Translations under genes and position numbers: made by a program
Shown: positions 28,246-38,037 of the stretch, piece by piece
Layout of the letters: each line of letters starts with the position of its first letter
Numbering within the stretch: position 1 is the stretch's first letter
Notes under the pieces: model-generated
What the model was told of the DNA's origin: nothing
The model's input: only the letters and a program-made list of their open reading frames with translations
Database searches by the model: none
Source of the DNA: an uncultured Candidatus Saccharibacteria bacterium
GTDB lineage: Bacteria; Patescibacteriota; Minisyncoccia; Phycocordibacterales; Phycocordibacteraceae
DNA: 64,000 nt
Assembly: GCA_964391975.1 (NCBI GenBank)
Contig: CAYMNZ010000001.1
Location: 418,064-482,063 of the forward strand
Direction: 5' to 3'

Positions 28246-28779
28246 CTATCCGCAGGTGGATGTATGGTTCCCCGAGTTCGGAGCATCAAGCACTGCCCTC
28301 TTCTTCTGTTCTGCAGACCAACCTATAAGGTTTACGAGAATCTGAAGGAAGGACGCGACACCTGCGAGCGCGAGGATGAGAATCACCGGCCAAGCGTACG
28401 GCGTGGCGAAGTAGAAGAACACCATAAAGAAGCTCCACCAGAGACCCACGCACCATGGGCAGTTAATGAGCGCGCCGAGTGTACCAAGGAAGGTGCCCTG
28501 AGGCCTCCCAACAAAGGCATCACGTATGAACTTCGTGATGAGGTCGTAGGACGTAAGGCGAATCAGACGGAAGAGTGCGAGCGACATCAAGAGGAAATCC
28601 CCAAGTGGTACCCACGTAGTAAAGCGGCCAGTCTCCTCAAGCCACATAACGCCGAAGAACATAAGGACCGCGAAGAAGAGCGCGAAGAACACATCCCACA
28701 GTGCTGTTTTCATGAGGGTAGTATACCGTATGACTATGGAGACCAGCCGAGAGGATGTGGAAGCCCTGATTCGCGACAA
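28246..28779 (-). CDS. DUF1360-family membrane protein
   Basis: Conserved CPWCVGLW motif within a 4-TM protein. The start may be the internal Met (MKTALWDV, about 28713), since the longer form overlaps divergent prmC. Confidence 0.6.
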   Translation of the reverse strand: MSRIRASTSSRLVSIVIRYTTLMKTALWDVFFALFFAVLMFFGVMWLEETGRFTTWVPLGDFLLMSLALFRLIRLTSYDLITKFIRDAFVGRPQGTFLGTLGALINCPWCVGLWWSFFMVFFYFATPYAWPVILILALAGVASFLQILVNLIGWSAEQKKRAVLDAPNSGNHTSTCG

Positions 28780-29458
28780 ATACGCGGGGGACCGGAGCGC
28801 AGACCTCTCTGGAGACCTGGCACGCCTCAGTGAGGGAGAACCCCTGGCCTACGTCATTGGATGGATGCCGTTTCTTGGACTCAGAATCAACCTCGACTCA
28901 CGCCCCCTTATTCCCCGCCCCGAAACTGAGTGGTGGACAGAGCAACTCATTGAACAACTTAACGGTCGCACACTGCGAGTGCTTGATCTCTGCGCGGGCT
29001 CCGGTGCAATCGGACTCTCGGTTCTTGCAAAGGTGCCGGGCGCGCATGTCTCCTTTGGTGAACTCATGGAAGAGCATGCTGAACAGATACGAAAGAATCT
29101 GATAGTGAACGGCCTTGACGCTTCTCGAGCAGACATACGTGAAGGCGACCTCTTCGAACCCTTCAGTGGTGAGACCTTTGATTTCATCGTCTCAAACCCT
29201 CCGTACATTCCAGAAGGACGCGAACTTCCCGAGAGCGTTCTTGAGTACGAACCAGAAGAGGCGCTCTACTCAGGCACCGACGGTCTTGAGGTGATACGCC
29301 GTATCGCACAGGAGGCACCGTCATACCTCATACAAGGTGGCGAGGTATGGATTGAGGCAGACGTTGAGAACATCGGGGCAGCCAGTCGTTTCCTTCCGCA
29401 CAGTGAGATACGCACGGACCCATATGGCAGGCCACGTCTTCTCGTGGGACACTACTAA
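28712..29458 (+). CDS. prmC: Release-factor glutamine N5-methyltransferase
   Basis: VSNPPY motif (FDFIVSNPPYIPEG) and SAM-binding LDLCAGSGAIG. Start may be 28736. Confidence 0.8.
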   Translation: MRVVYRMTMETSREDVEALIRDKYAGDRSADLSGDLARLSEGEPLAYVIGWMPFLGLRINLDSRPLIPRPETEWWTEQLIEQLNGRTLRVLDLCAGSGAIGLSVLAKVPGAHVSFGELMEEHAEQIRKNLIVNGLDASRADIREGDLFEPFSGETFDFIVSNPPYIPEGRELPESVLEYEPEEALYSGTDGLEVIRRIAQEAPSYLIQGGEVWIEADVENIGAASRFLPHSEIRTDPYGRPRLLVGHY

Positions 29459-29461
29459 CGT

Positions 29462-29698
29462 ATGGATGCTTCTACGACGCTCCTTCGCTTCCCCGCCATC
29501 TTCGGAAATGTCACGAGCGAGGCCGTGCTCTCAGTTATCTTCACCTTGGTGTTCATTTGGTGGACCGTCTACACGTTGGTGGCTATTTATCACTGGTTCC
29601 GCTACGGTCGCTCGTCTTGGGTGGCGGTTCCAGCCATCGCACTGCACCTAGCAGTCTCAGGCGGCATCTTTATCTACATGACGTCAGCTCTCCACTAG
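29462..29698 (+). CDS. Small two-TM membrane protein (78 aa)
   Basis: Two hydrophobic helices; 3-nt gap after prmC and 1-nt gap before the next gene. Confidence 0.45.
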   Translation: MDASTTLLRFPAIFGNVTSEAVLSVIFTLVFIWWTVYTLVAIYHWFRYGRSSWVAVPAIALHLAVSGGIFIYMTSALH

Positions 29699-29699
29699 T

Positions 29700-30257
29700 A
29701 TGGAAGATCTTCACCTCCAGCCGGGCGAGCATGTACTGAAAGCGGTCAGGAAACACTGGCTCATCTATGTGGGCGCTGCCATCCCCTTTGCAGTCTTCGC
29801 CTACCTTCCAGTACTTGCGCTTGAGCTCTTTGCCAAGAGTCCGTTTGTAAGCGCACCATGGGCGCACTACGTCTCGCTTGAGAATCCGTGGATACTCTTT
29901 GTGCTTGGCGTCTGGTGGCTCTTTGTCTGGATGGCCGCCTTCTCAAACTTCATGCGCTACTTCCTCGATGTCTGGATTATCACCAACAAGCGCATCATCG
30001 ACGTTGAGCAAATCGACTTCTTCAGCCGCGAAGTAACGTCACTCTTCCTCGACCATATTGAAGACGTCACCGTGCACGAGACTGGCTTCTTCCACACCCT
30101 CTTCGGGTTCGGCAACCTTATGGTGCAGAGCGCAGGAGCTGCCGACCGCACCGAGCTCCCGGGTATCGCGTACCCAAAGGACGTACGGGACCTTCTCATG
30201 CACCAGGCAGGCAAGTTTGAAGAGCGCCCACAGCACGTCATCGTCGACAAGAAGTAG
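29700..30257 (+). CDS. Bacterial PH-domain (YdbT/bPH_2-like) membrane protein
   Basis: N-terminal double TM hairpin followed by a PH-like soluble domain. Confidence 0.5.
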   Translation: MEDLHLQPGEHVLKAVRKHWLIYVGAAIPFAVFAYLPVLALELFAKSPFVSAPWAHYVSLENPWILFVLGVWWLFVWMAAFSNFMRYFLDVWIITNKRIIDVEQIDFFSREVTSLFLDHIEDVTVHETGFFHTLFGFGNLMVQSAGAADRTELPGIAYPKDVRDLLMHQAGKFEERPQHVIVDKK

Positions 30258-30296
30258 ACGTTTGGCGACCTTACAGGGTCCCGGTATACTCCCCTG

Positions 30297-31547
30297 ATGA
30301 GCGAACCTCTCTCAACTGAGTCCTACAAGGGCGTACGCGATTTCTATCCAGCTGACTGGGCGCGCCTCTCGGGCGTCTTCGAGAAGACCCGCAAGGTACT
30401 TCGTGCATGGGGATACGAGGAATACCAAGCTTCCCCACTTGAACCTTCCGAGCTCTATGAAAGTAAGGGCAACGAAGAGATTATCCGCGAACAAACCTTC
30501 AGCTTCGAGGACCGTGGCGGCAGGCGCGTGACGCTTCGCCCCGAGATGACTCCAACACTCGCACGCATGGTCGCTGCTAAGCGCCGCGAACTTCCGCTTC
30601 CCTTCCGTTGGTTCTCAATCGGCAATCGCTTCCGCTACGAGCGCCCTCAGCGTGGCCGCCTGCGCGAGTTCTTCCAAACAGACGTGGACCTCGTTGGTCT
30701 CCCAGAGGGAGAAGCAGACCTTGAGGTTCTCATGCTCGCAAGCGACATTCTCACCTCCTTTGGTGCGACACCAAAGGATTTCGCTATCCGCATCAACTCG
30801 CGCGCACTCCTAGGCGCTGCCTGCAGAGCGGTCGGACTCACTGACGCCGAAGGCGTTAAGGCGTACTGGCAGCTGCTTGATAAGAAGTCGAAGATGAGCG
30901 CTGCAGAATTCAATGAAGCTCGCGCAAGTACTAAGGACCCTCTTGCCGCGGTCGAGGAAGCTACCGACCCTGAGGTGAAAGCTGAGAAAGAGAAGGTTAT
31001 GGAGCTAATCGAGACCTTGAAGAGCCGTGGGGTAACAAATGTCTCCTTTGACCCCGAGATTGTACGCGGCTTTGATTACTACACGGGCATGGTGTTTGAG
31101 GTAAACGACACAGACCCCGTGAACCCTCGCGCGCTCTTTGGTGGTGGCCGCTACGATGGACTCGTTTCCCTCTTCGGTGGCGACCCGATTCCAGCCGTAG
31201 GCTTCGCCTTCGGGGATGTCACCTTTATGGATTTCCTCGAGACACACAAGCTCATGATTGAGAACGAATACGCTCCACAACTCTACATCGGTACCCCCTC
31301 TCCAGATTTCATTCCCGCTGCTCAGGAATTCGCGCAGGAACTGAGGAAATCAGGCGCACGTGTGTTCGTCCACATCGGCAGCAAGGGCCTAGGCGACCAA
31401 ATCAAGGACGCTGACCGCCGCGGCATCCCCCTCTTCATGGCGTACGGAGCGGACGAAGCCACGAGCGGAGAGGTGCGCGTTAAGAATCTTGCCAGCGGTA
31501 AAGAGGAGGCCCTTACGAAAGACGCGGTCGCCTCATTCCTTGCATAG
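30297..31547 (+). CDS. hisS: Histidyl-tRNA synthetase
   Basis: Class II motifs (FRYERPQRGRLREFFQ, GGGRYDGL) and a C-terminal anticodon-binding domain. Confidence 0.9.
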   Translation: MSEPLSTESYKGVRDFYPADWARLSGVFEKTRKVLRAWGYEEYQASPLEPSELYESKGNEEIIREQTFSFEDRGGRRVTLRPEMTPTLARMVAAKRRELPLPFRWFSIGNRFRYERPQRGRLREFFQTDVDLVGLPEGEADLEVLMLASDILTSFGATPKDFAIRINSRALLGAACRAVGLTDAEGVKAYWQLLDKKSKMSAAEFNEARASTKDPLAAVEEATDPEVKAEKEKVMELIETLKSRGVTNVSFDPEIVRGFDYYTGMVFEVNDTDPVNPRALFGGGRYDGLVSLFGGDPIPAVGFAFGDVTFMDFLETHKLMIENEYAPQLYIGTPSPDFIPAAQEFAQELRKSGARVFVHIGSKGLGDQIKDADRRGIPLFMAYGADEATSGEVRVKNLASGKEEALTKDAVASFLA

Positions 31548-31548
31548 C

Positions 31549-32127
31549 ATGCGTGCGATTACGTTTGATATCGAGACTAAGGCCGCGTCCATGGTGCGCG
31601 GAAAGTTTGATATCTCCGCTATGGAGGTTACGGTCGTGGGCATCCACGATTCAGAGACGAATGAATACTCTGCCTTCTTCGTTGAGGAATTCTCCAAGCT
31701 CTGGCCCATCCTCGAGCGCGCAGACATGTTGATTGGCTTCAACTCCGATAGCTTCGACATTCCAATACTGAACCGCTACTACCCTGGCGACCTCACGAAA
31801 ATTAAATCTCTCGACCTTCTTACTGAGGTCTATAACGTCCTCGGACGCCGGGTGCGGCTTGATACGCTGGCACAAGCAACGCTTGGCCGCGGAAAGACGG
31901 GAGACGGACTCAAGGCGGTGGAGTGGTGGGAGCAAGGGCTCTATGAACAGGTGAAGGAGTATTGTCTTGAGGATGTGAGGATTACCCGCGAGCTCTACGA
32001 CTACGCCCGCACGAACGGAAGCCTAAAATACAAGGACCTCCGCGAGGTACGCGAGATGAAAATAGATGCTTCTGGGTGGGAGAACGGAGGAAGTAGTCCT
32101 TCCCTCACGCACACCCTGCCCTTCTAG
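31549..32127 (+). CDS. DEDDy-type 3'-5' exonuclease (RNase H-like fold)
   Basis: Exo I FDIET, Exo II FNSDSFD, Exo III YCLEDV. It starts 1 nt after the hisS stop. Confidence 0.7.
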   Translation: MRAITFDIETKAASMVRGKFDISAMEVTVVGIHDSETNEYSAFFVEEFSKLWPILERADMLIGFNSDSFDIPILNRYYPGDLTKIKSLDLLTEVYNVLGRRVRLDTLAQATLGRGKTGDGLKAVEWWEQGLYEQVKEYCLEDVRITRELYDYARTNGSLKYKDLREVREMKIDASGWENGGSSPSLTHTLPF

Positions 32128-32147
32128 GCTTGGTATACTGAAGAGCA

Positions 32148-32831
32148 ATGAAGCGCACCATCCTGCTCCCCGGTGCGATTATCCTCGCCGGGGTCATCAT
32201 TGCCATCTCCGTCTATATGGTGCGGGTCAACAACCTGCCTCCTGTCCCCGCTCCAGACATTAGCGCGCTGCGCCCTGTTTCTCCTGATGAACACGTCGTA
32301 GGTAACCCTACTGGAGGCATCGTCATCATCACGTACTCAGACCTCGATTGTGCTTACTGCAAGCAGTTCGAGCGCACGATGAGCCAAATCATGACCGACT
32401 ACGGCGCAGGCGGAAAGGTCGCCTGGGTCTTCCGTCACCTCCCGCTCGTCTCTGCGCACGCCAACTCGGGGCTCCACGCAGAGGCAAGCGAATGCGTGGC
32501 AGCGCTTGCTGGAGAGGATGCCTTCTGGCGCTTCATTGACCTTATGCACTCCTCAGCGCCCGGTACGAATGAATTCAACCCCAACGCCTACATCGCCCTC
32601 CTCCCCCAAGTGGACGTGGAGGACGCTGCGTTTGAAGCCTGCATGTCGGAAGGCCGCTATGTGAAGAAGGTCGAAAGCGACCTTACCAACGCACTTGATA
32701 TAGGCGCCATTGCCGCCCCCTACAGCGTAGTCGTTGTCGAAGGTGAAGAGCCCGTTGCCATTTCTGGCGCTCTTACCTACGGCGAAATGAAGATGATTAT
32801 CGAGCAGGCGCTCGAAGAGATCACTCGTTAA
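32148..32831 (+). CDS. DsbA-like thioredoxin-fold thiol:disulfide oxidoreductase with N-terminal TM anchor
   Basis: CAYC active site (CxxC) in a thioredoxin-like context and an N-terminal TM helix. Confidence 0.75.
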   Translation: MKRTILLPGAIILAGVIIAISVYMVRVNNLPPVPAPDISALRPVSPDEHVVGNPTGGIVIITYSDLDCAYCKQFERTMSQIMTDYGAGGKVAWVFRHLPLVSAHANSGLHAEASECVAALAGEDAFWRFIDLMHSSAPGTNEFNPNAYIALLPQVDVEDAAFEACMSEGRYVKKVESDLTNALDIGAIAAPYSVVVVEGEEPVAISGALTYGEMKMIIEQALEEITR

Positions 32832-33654
32832 GCTTCAGGCGGTAGAGCTCAAAGGAGTGTTCCCCTTCAAACATATCTGAGGGGTTTGGGAGGTAGACCC
32901 GCTTGCGGGCGACTTCCTCGGTTGCATCCATAAGGAGGCGGTGGAATATCTTGAACGACTCTTCCGCCTTCTCGTACTCGAGTACGTACTTCTTAAGCTG
33001 CGGGCGTCCATCAGCGTTCCGGGTCTTCTTGCATTCATACACGATGAAGCGCTTCACTGGCTTATCAAAAATATCCTTCACCGTGTAGTAGTTGAAGATT
33101 GCCTGGAGCGCGAAGGCTGGTCGGTCGGCACCGCTCGCACTAAATGACTGCACGAATTTATGATCAACCACGTCGACTGCCCCTGGGTTCCCTTTCGATT
33201 CCACCACCAGGTCCGAAATGGCCTTCACTGGGAGTAGAAGGCCAGGTACTTCCGCCACCCCTTTCACCTCAGCGCCCAGCACTTTGTGTCTGGGAGGTCG
33301 CTTTAGATAGTAATTCACGGCCTGATAGTACTCGCGCTTCATAGACTCGCGCTTCTGCCGCTGCGCTCGCTTGGTCTTTGCTGCCCCAAAGTTAATCTCA
33401 AAATCCGCAATCGCATCCATGGACTCAGCACCAAGACGCATCGCAAGTTCTTTCTCTGCTCCACTATAGAAATGCTCAAGTGCAACGTGTCCCGCTGACC
33501 CGATGATAGAGGCGGGGGTACGAGGAGCGTCATAAATGCGCTCAACATACCGCGTGTGCCACGCAAGTGGGTTCCGGAGGAACGCCAGGAGCGAGGAGTG
33601 GCTCCAATAGGCTATAGGGAATCCATCGGGAGCAGGCATCCCCACAGTATACAA
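32821..33654 (-). CDS. PD-(D/E)XK nuclease superfamily protein (Cas4/RecB-nuclease-like, Cys-less)
   Basis: The N-terminal WSHSSLLAFLRNPLAW, GSAGHVALEHFY, DLVVE...VDVVDHKF (D/ExK) and QAIFNYY (QxxxY) match the PDDEXK_1-type order. Confidence 0.6.
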   Translation of the reverse strand: MYTVGMPAPDGFPIAYWSHSSLLAFLRNPLAWHTRYVERIYDAPRTPASIIGSAGHVALEHFYSGAEKELAMRLGAESMDAIADFEINFGAAKTKRAQRQKRESMKREYYQAVNYYLKRPPRHKVLGAEVKGVAEVPGLLLPVKAISDLVVESKGNPGAVDVVDHKFVQSFSASGADRPAFALQAIFNYYTVKDIFDKPVKRFIVYECKKTRNADGRPQLKKYVLEYEKAEESFKIFHRLLMDATEEVARKRVYLPNPSDMFEGEHSFELYRLKLNE

Positions 33655-33666
33655 AACGTGGGAATT

Positions 33667-34992
33667 TTAGAGACCCGAAACGTGACCTTCGAGAATCAGG
33701 TCAATCACCTTCCCCTCAATACCAATCGACTTAAGCAAACGAACATTCTCCACAAGCTCCTCGTGGTTTTCATACAGAAGGCCTGCGTTAAAGCGGTAGA
33801 GGTCTCCCTTACGGCTCATAGAAATCATCTGAAGAAGATGATGGGTGGACTTTGGGTTCGTATATGCGAAAAGCTTCGCGAAGGCCTCCTCAGAGCCGGT
33901 AAAGGTACCGATAAACCCCACCGCCTTCTTTGGGATAAGGCCACGACGCGAAAGAGACACGAGGCCAAAGGTAGCGGTTTGGCGGAAGTTTGGGTCGATA
34001 AAATACGGTTTTCCTGAAGTGGAAATCAGCACATCAAGTCCTCCAACGCCGTACCATCCTGCCCTACGTACATTCGGTAAAATCTCTGTGGTAACGATGC
34101 GGAAAATATCGTGCAGAAGTGGATTTGCGATAACGTGAGGCGGGCACACAACACTTCCCAAGAACTCGCCAACGTCTGTAATCACTTGGTGGTTGTAGCC
34201 GATAATCTCTATCGGCTCTTGTGCCTTAAACGGTATGCCGAACTGAATACAGTAATTCTCAACAGCTTCGACGAACTCTTCGATAAAAATGCCATCAATC
34301 ACCCCTTTGAAAGTCTCCTGTGCAGCCTGGACATCTTCCACGCTTCTGCAGATACGGACGCCATCCCCTGCGCTTGAGGATGCAACCTTGACCACGCAAG
34401 GGAATGGTACGGAAATCGCTGCACGTGCGAACGCAGCCCCATTGTCAAAGGACACGTAGCGGGTTGGAAGATAGGCCTCCGGAATATACGTGCCAAGATT
34501 GGTTTTATCATTAAACTGCGCCGAAAGTTTCGGATCGAGATGAAAGAGGTGGTTCACTTCCCCATCAAGAAACGGTTGGGCCATGAAGAGTTTTCCTTCG
34601 GGAACTGTATCGCGCAGCACCTGCTTCACTGCTTCGTTGCGTGCCGACCCACTTAGCTCATCGTTGAGTGCAGCTGGGAATTGTATGCAGTCTTCCTCTT
34701 TCGTCAGCGTGACACCGCATTCCTGTTCGAGCCAATGGCGTATCTGCGGAGTAGACGCCGCGTCGAAGACGACCGGGCGAATGCCGAGGCCGGCGCAGAC
34801 AAGGGTGCGGGCCGATACCAGTTCCTCCACCCATGACGGAACGTTGTTGAAGAAATCTGAGCCATTCCCTGACGGAAAGCCATAGAAGTACGCTGCGCCT
34901 TCAGGGAAGTACTTTGAGAGGGTCGCGTGGGGGTCAACTGGTAATCCAGAAGAAGCTTGGCCGTGAGGCCCTGTAAAGGTTGATGCCTGCAT
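33667..34992 (-). CDS. ATP-grasp fold enzyme (unknown ligase)
   Basis: PCVVKVASSSAGDGVRI (ATP-grasp B-loop-like), GGLDVLI and FIDPNFR (Mg/ATP site-like). There is a 12-nt gap to the downstream nuclease gene. Confidence 0.55.
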   Translation of the reverse strand: MQASTFTGPHGQASSGLPVDPHATLSKYFPEGAAYFYGFPSGNGSDFFNNVPSWVEELVSARTLVCAGLGIRPVVFDAASTPQIRHWLEQECGVTLTKEEDCIQFPAALNDELSGSARNEAVKQVLRDTVPEGKLFMAQPFLDGEVNHLFHLDPKLSAQFNDKTNLGTYIPEAYLPTRYVSFDNGAAFARAAISVPFPCVVKVASSSAGDGVRICRSVEDVQAAQETFKGVIDGIFIEEFVEAVENYCIQFGIPFKAQEPIEIIGYNHQVITDVGEFLGSVVCPPHVIANPLLHDIFRIVTTEILPNVRRAGWYGVGGLDVLISTSGKPYFIDPNFRQTATFGLVSLSRRGLIPKKAVGFIGTFTGSEEAFAKLFAYTNPKSTHHLLQMISMSRKGDLYRFNAGLLYENHEELVENVRLLKSIGIEGKVIDLILEGHVSGL

Positions 34993-35055
34993 ACGTTAAT
35001 GATGGAGACTACGCCTGCCCCAGAGGAGTGTCAACGACCCCCAGGTTCATAACTT

Positions 35056-36348
35056 TTAGTAGCTCTTAAGGCGCCTACTCTTCTCGTGGGTGCGAATCTT
35101 CTCGAGTGCTTTGGCCTCAATCTGACGAATACGCTCGCGAGTGACGCCGAACTCCTTCCCCACTTCCTCAAGCGTGTGGTAGATACCATCGAGAAGTCCG
35201 TGACGCATCTCAAGAATCTTGCGCTCTTTAGGAGAAAGATCGTCGAGGATGTCGCGGACCTGCTCAGCGAGGATGCGCTCAGAGGATTCCTGCACCGGGG
35301 AAGGAATCTTGTCGTCAGCGATGAAGTCTCCAAGGGTCGACTTCTCATCATCGTCAGAGCCAATAGGATTCTCAAGCGAGAGCGTGTCCTGGTTGATCTT
35401 CTCAATCTGGTAAATTTTCTCAACTTCCACACCCATCTCAATAGCAACTTCTTCCGGCTGTGGGTCACGGCCAAGAGTCTGGGCAAGACGGCGGGACACC
35501 TGCTTGTACTTAGCAATGGTCTCCACCATGTGCACGGGAATACGAATCGTGCGGGACTGGTCGGCAAGGGCGCGGGTAATAGCCTGGCGAATCCACCACG
35601 TAGCGTAGGTTGAGAACTTGTAGCCCTTCTTCCAGTCGAACTTATCGACGGCCTTGAAGAGACCAAGGTTTCCCTCCTGAATAAGGTCGAGAAGCGTTAG
35701 GTCCGGGGAGCGACCTACGTACTTCTTGGCAATCGAGACCACGAGACGGAGGTTGCTGCGTGCAAGAATGTTGCGAGCCTCGTCGTCACCTGACTCAATG
35801 CGCTTAGCAAGCTCGCGCTCTTCAGAGGCAGTCAGGAGCGGATACTGTCCGATTTCACGGAGATAAATCTGGATGGAGTCATAGCCCGAGGATTCACGAC
35901 CCTTGATGTTACGGGTAGCGAGATACTCGTCAGCATTGTCCTCAAGCATGCCGCCTTCGAGGATATCTATACCGACAATGGAGAAGCGCTCGTAGAGCTG
36001 GTCGAGGAACGAGACATCGTCCTCAATGTGTGGGAACTCTTTCAAAATCTCACTGTAGGTGATGTAGCCACGCTCGCGACCCTTAAGGACGAGCTTCTCC
36101 GCCTTGGCGTCGCGCTCGTTACGAGCCTTTGCCTTAGCGCCTCCGGCAGCAACACGAACGACGGCCATCGCTTTCTTCTTAGCGGGCATCTTCTTGGCAA
36201 CCTTCTTCGCCACCTTCTTCTTAGGTGCAGCTTTCTTGACCGCTTTCTTAGCGGTCTTCTTTACGACTTTCTTCTTGAGGGGTTTCTTTTTCATGGCATT
36301 TAAAATTAGCGGGAAAGGGCTGAGAGGAGCTGAGAAAGTTCCTTGCAT
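35056..36348 (-). CDS. rpoD: Primary sigma factor with Lys-rich N-terminal extension
   Basis: Region 2 ([28 protein letters not shown]...[14 protein letters not shown]) and regions 3/4; the KKKxxKK N-terminal tail. Confidence 0.92.
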   Translation of the reverse strand: MQGTFSAPLSPFPLILNAMKKKPLKKKVVKKTAKKAVKKAAPKKKVAKKVAKKMPAKKKAMAVVRVAAGGAKAKARNERDAKAEKLVLKGRERGYITYSEILKEFPHIEDDVSFLDQLYERFSIVGIDILEGGMLEDNADEYLATRNIKGRESSGYDSIQIYLREIGQYPLLTASEERELAKRIESGDDEARNILARSNLRLVVSIAKKYVGRSPDLTLLDLIQEGNLGLFKAVDKFDWKKGYKFSTYATWWIRQAITRALADQSRTIRIPVHMVETIAKYKQVSRRLAQTLGRDPQPEEVAIEMGVEVEKIYQIEKINQDTLSLENPIGSDDDEKSTLGDFIADDKIPSPVQESSERILAEQVRDILDDLSPKERKILEMRHGLLDGIYHTLEEVGKEFGVTRERIRQIEAKALEKIRTHEKSRRLKSY

Positions 36349-37982
36349 TCGTTGGCGGCAGCATTGATAGCTGCCTCGTCCTTCATGGTCTCTGCGGCTC
36401 GCAAGCGGGCGGTCGCCTCGCCTAGGCGGTAGCTCAGATGTGCATGCTCGAATGCGCGCACGAGATCGTCTGCAGAACCTTCATCAGGCGTCTCGCCGAG
36501 AGCGAGTCCCGCCTCAAAGAGCACGCGTTCAGGAGGGGGTTCCTCCGGGAAGGCGGTGCCAGTAATTCGAGCGTACTCGCTTGCGAGCCTTTCTGCAAGC
36601 GGGGTGCCGGGATACGAGAGGGCTGCAGCCTGCAGGATGAGCTTACGCATCTCAAGCGGAGTGAGCTTGATAGAGGCAGCTCGGGCTGACCCTACTTCAG
36701 CCTCCTCCTTTGGAAGCGCACGAGCGGCGTTCTTCACCGAGAGCCTGACAGCATCTGGAGTGAGGTTCAAAGACCTCGCGGTCTTCCCTATGAAGTGCTC
36801 CTGCTCCATAGGGCTCTTCATGGCCGCAATGAGTGGCACCACTACCCTTTCGCAGGCAAGCAGGAGCTTATGTGGGTCCGTTTCTGCTGCAGCAAGTGCT
36901 GAGAGGAAGAACTCAACAATCGGCTCAGCAGACGCTACCTTCCCTGCGAACTCCTTCGGGTTCTCCTTAATGAGGTCCGCAGGGTCCTGTCCCTTAGGAA
37001 GGCGCACTGCCTTCACCTTCATGCCTGTCGAGAGCGCAAGCGCTGCCGTACGCGCTGAGGCAGCGAGCCCTGCCCTGTCTCCATCAAGGGCAAGCATGAG
37101 GTTATCTGAGTATCGCTTTATAAACGAAAGATGCGATGAAGACAGCGCGGTGCCTGAGAGTGCCACCGTGTTCTGGAAGCCTGCCTGGTGTGCGAGCAGG
37201 AGGTCGAACTGCCCTTCAACCAGAAGCGCGAACCCTCGAGTACGAATCGCATCCTTTGCGCGGTCCATACCGAACAGCACCATCGACTTCTTGAAGAGCT
37301 CAGTCTCAGGCGAGTTCAAATACTTCGCCTCATCATCCCCAAGCGCACGCCCTGTGAACGCCACCGTCCTCCCTGCACTGTCTTTAATCGGGAACATCAG
37401 GCGGTTACGGAAGCGGTCGTAGAAGGTTCCCTTCTTCTCATCCGCTTCTTTCACAAGACCTGCAGCGGCAAGCTCCGGAACGGTGAAGCCCTTACTCGAG
37501 AGGTCCTCAAGAAGTGCGCGCCACGATTCAGGAGCAAGGCCTAGATTCCACGCCTTGATGTTCTCTGGCGTGAGGCCACGAGACAACGCGTACTGATACG
37601 CAGTTCCCTTGGGATCCAGTCCTGCAGCAAAGAATGCTTCAGCCTGTGCCAACGCCTCGTACAGCCTGTTCTGCTTGTCTTTGTTTACCGGACTCTTCTC
37701 ATACACCAGAGGCACGCCCGCCTTCTCGGCTAAGATTTTGAGTGCACCTTTGAAGTCCACACCCTCCATTTTCTCAATGAAGGTGAACGCATCCCCTCCC
37801 TGACTTGAGGAGAAGCAGTAGTAGGAGTTGCGCTCCGGGTTCACGTAGAAGGACGGCGTCTTCTCCTTGTTAAAGGGAGAGAGACCCCTCCAGTACCTGC
37901 CGGCCTTAGTGAGTTTTACGTACGGCGATACTACATCGACAATCGACAGTTTCTCCTTCACGAGCTGTACGGTATCCGCCAT
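36306..37982 (-). CDS. dnaG: DNA primase
   Basis: CHC2 zinc finger ([14 protein letters not shown]) and Toprim domain; overlaps the rpoD start (classic dnaG-rpoD operon). Confidence 0.9.
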   Translation of the reverse strand: MADTVQLVKEKLSIVDVVSPYVKLTKAGRYWRGLSPFNKEKTPSFYVNPERNSYYCFSSSQGGDAFTFIEKMEGVDFKGALKILAEKAGVPLVYEKSPVNKDKQNRLYEALAQAEAFFAAGLDPKGTAYQYALSRGLTPENIKAWNLGLAPESWRALLEDLSSKGFTVPELAAAGLVKEADEKKGTFYDRFRNRLMFPIKDSAGRTVAFTGRALGDDEAKYLNSPETELFKKSMVLFGMDRAKDAIRTRGFALLVEGQFDLLLAHQAGFQNTVALSGTALSSSHLSFIKRYSDNLMLALDGDRAGLAASARTAALALSTGMKVKAVRLPKGQDPADLIKENPKEFAGKVASAEPIVEFFLSALAAAETDPHKLLLACERVVVPLIAAMKSPMEQEHFIGKTARSLNLTPDAVRLSVKNAARALPKEEAEVGSARAASIKLTPLEMRKLILQAAALSYPGTPLAERLASEYARITGTAFPEEPPPERVLFEAGLALGETPDEGSADDLVRAFEHAHLSYRLGEATARLRAAETMKDEAAINAAANECKELSQLLSALSR

Positions 37983-38010
37983 TGTGTGTAGTGTATCGCG
38001 CTAAACACAT

Positions 38011-38029
38011 ACGAGCCCAGAGGGCTCGT
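38011..38029 (-). terminator. Hairpin (ACGAGCCC-AGAG-GGGCTCGT) between the rpoC stop and the dnaG start, a possible attenuating terminator or processing site
   Basis: 8-bp perfect stem; the downstream U-run on the minus strand is weak (AUGUGUUU). Confidence 0.35.
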
Positions 38030-38037
38030 AGAGTGTC

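Noticed and set aside
36100-36348. AAG/AAA-rich repetitive stretch
   Set aside because: It encodes the Lys-rich N-terminal extension of RpoD; a coding low-complexity region, not a mobile repeat.
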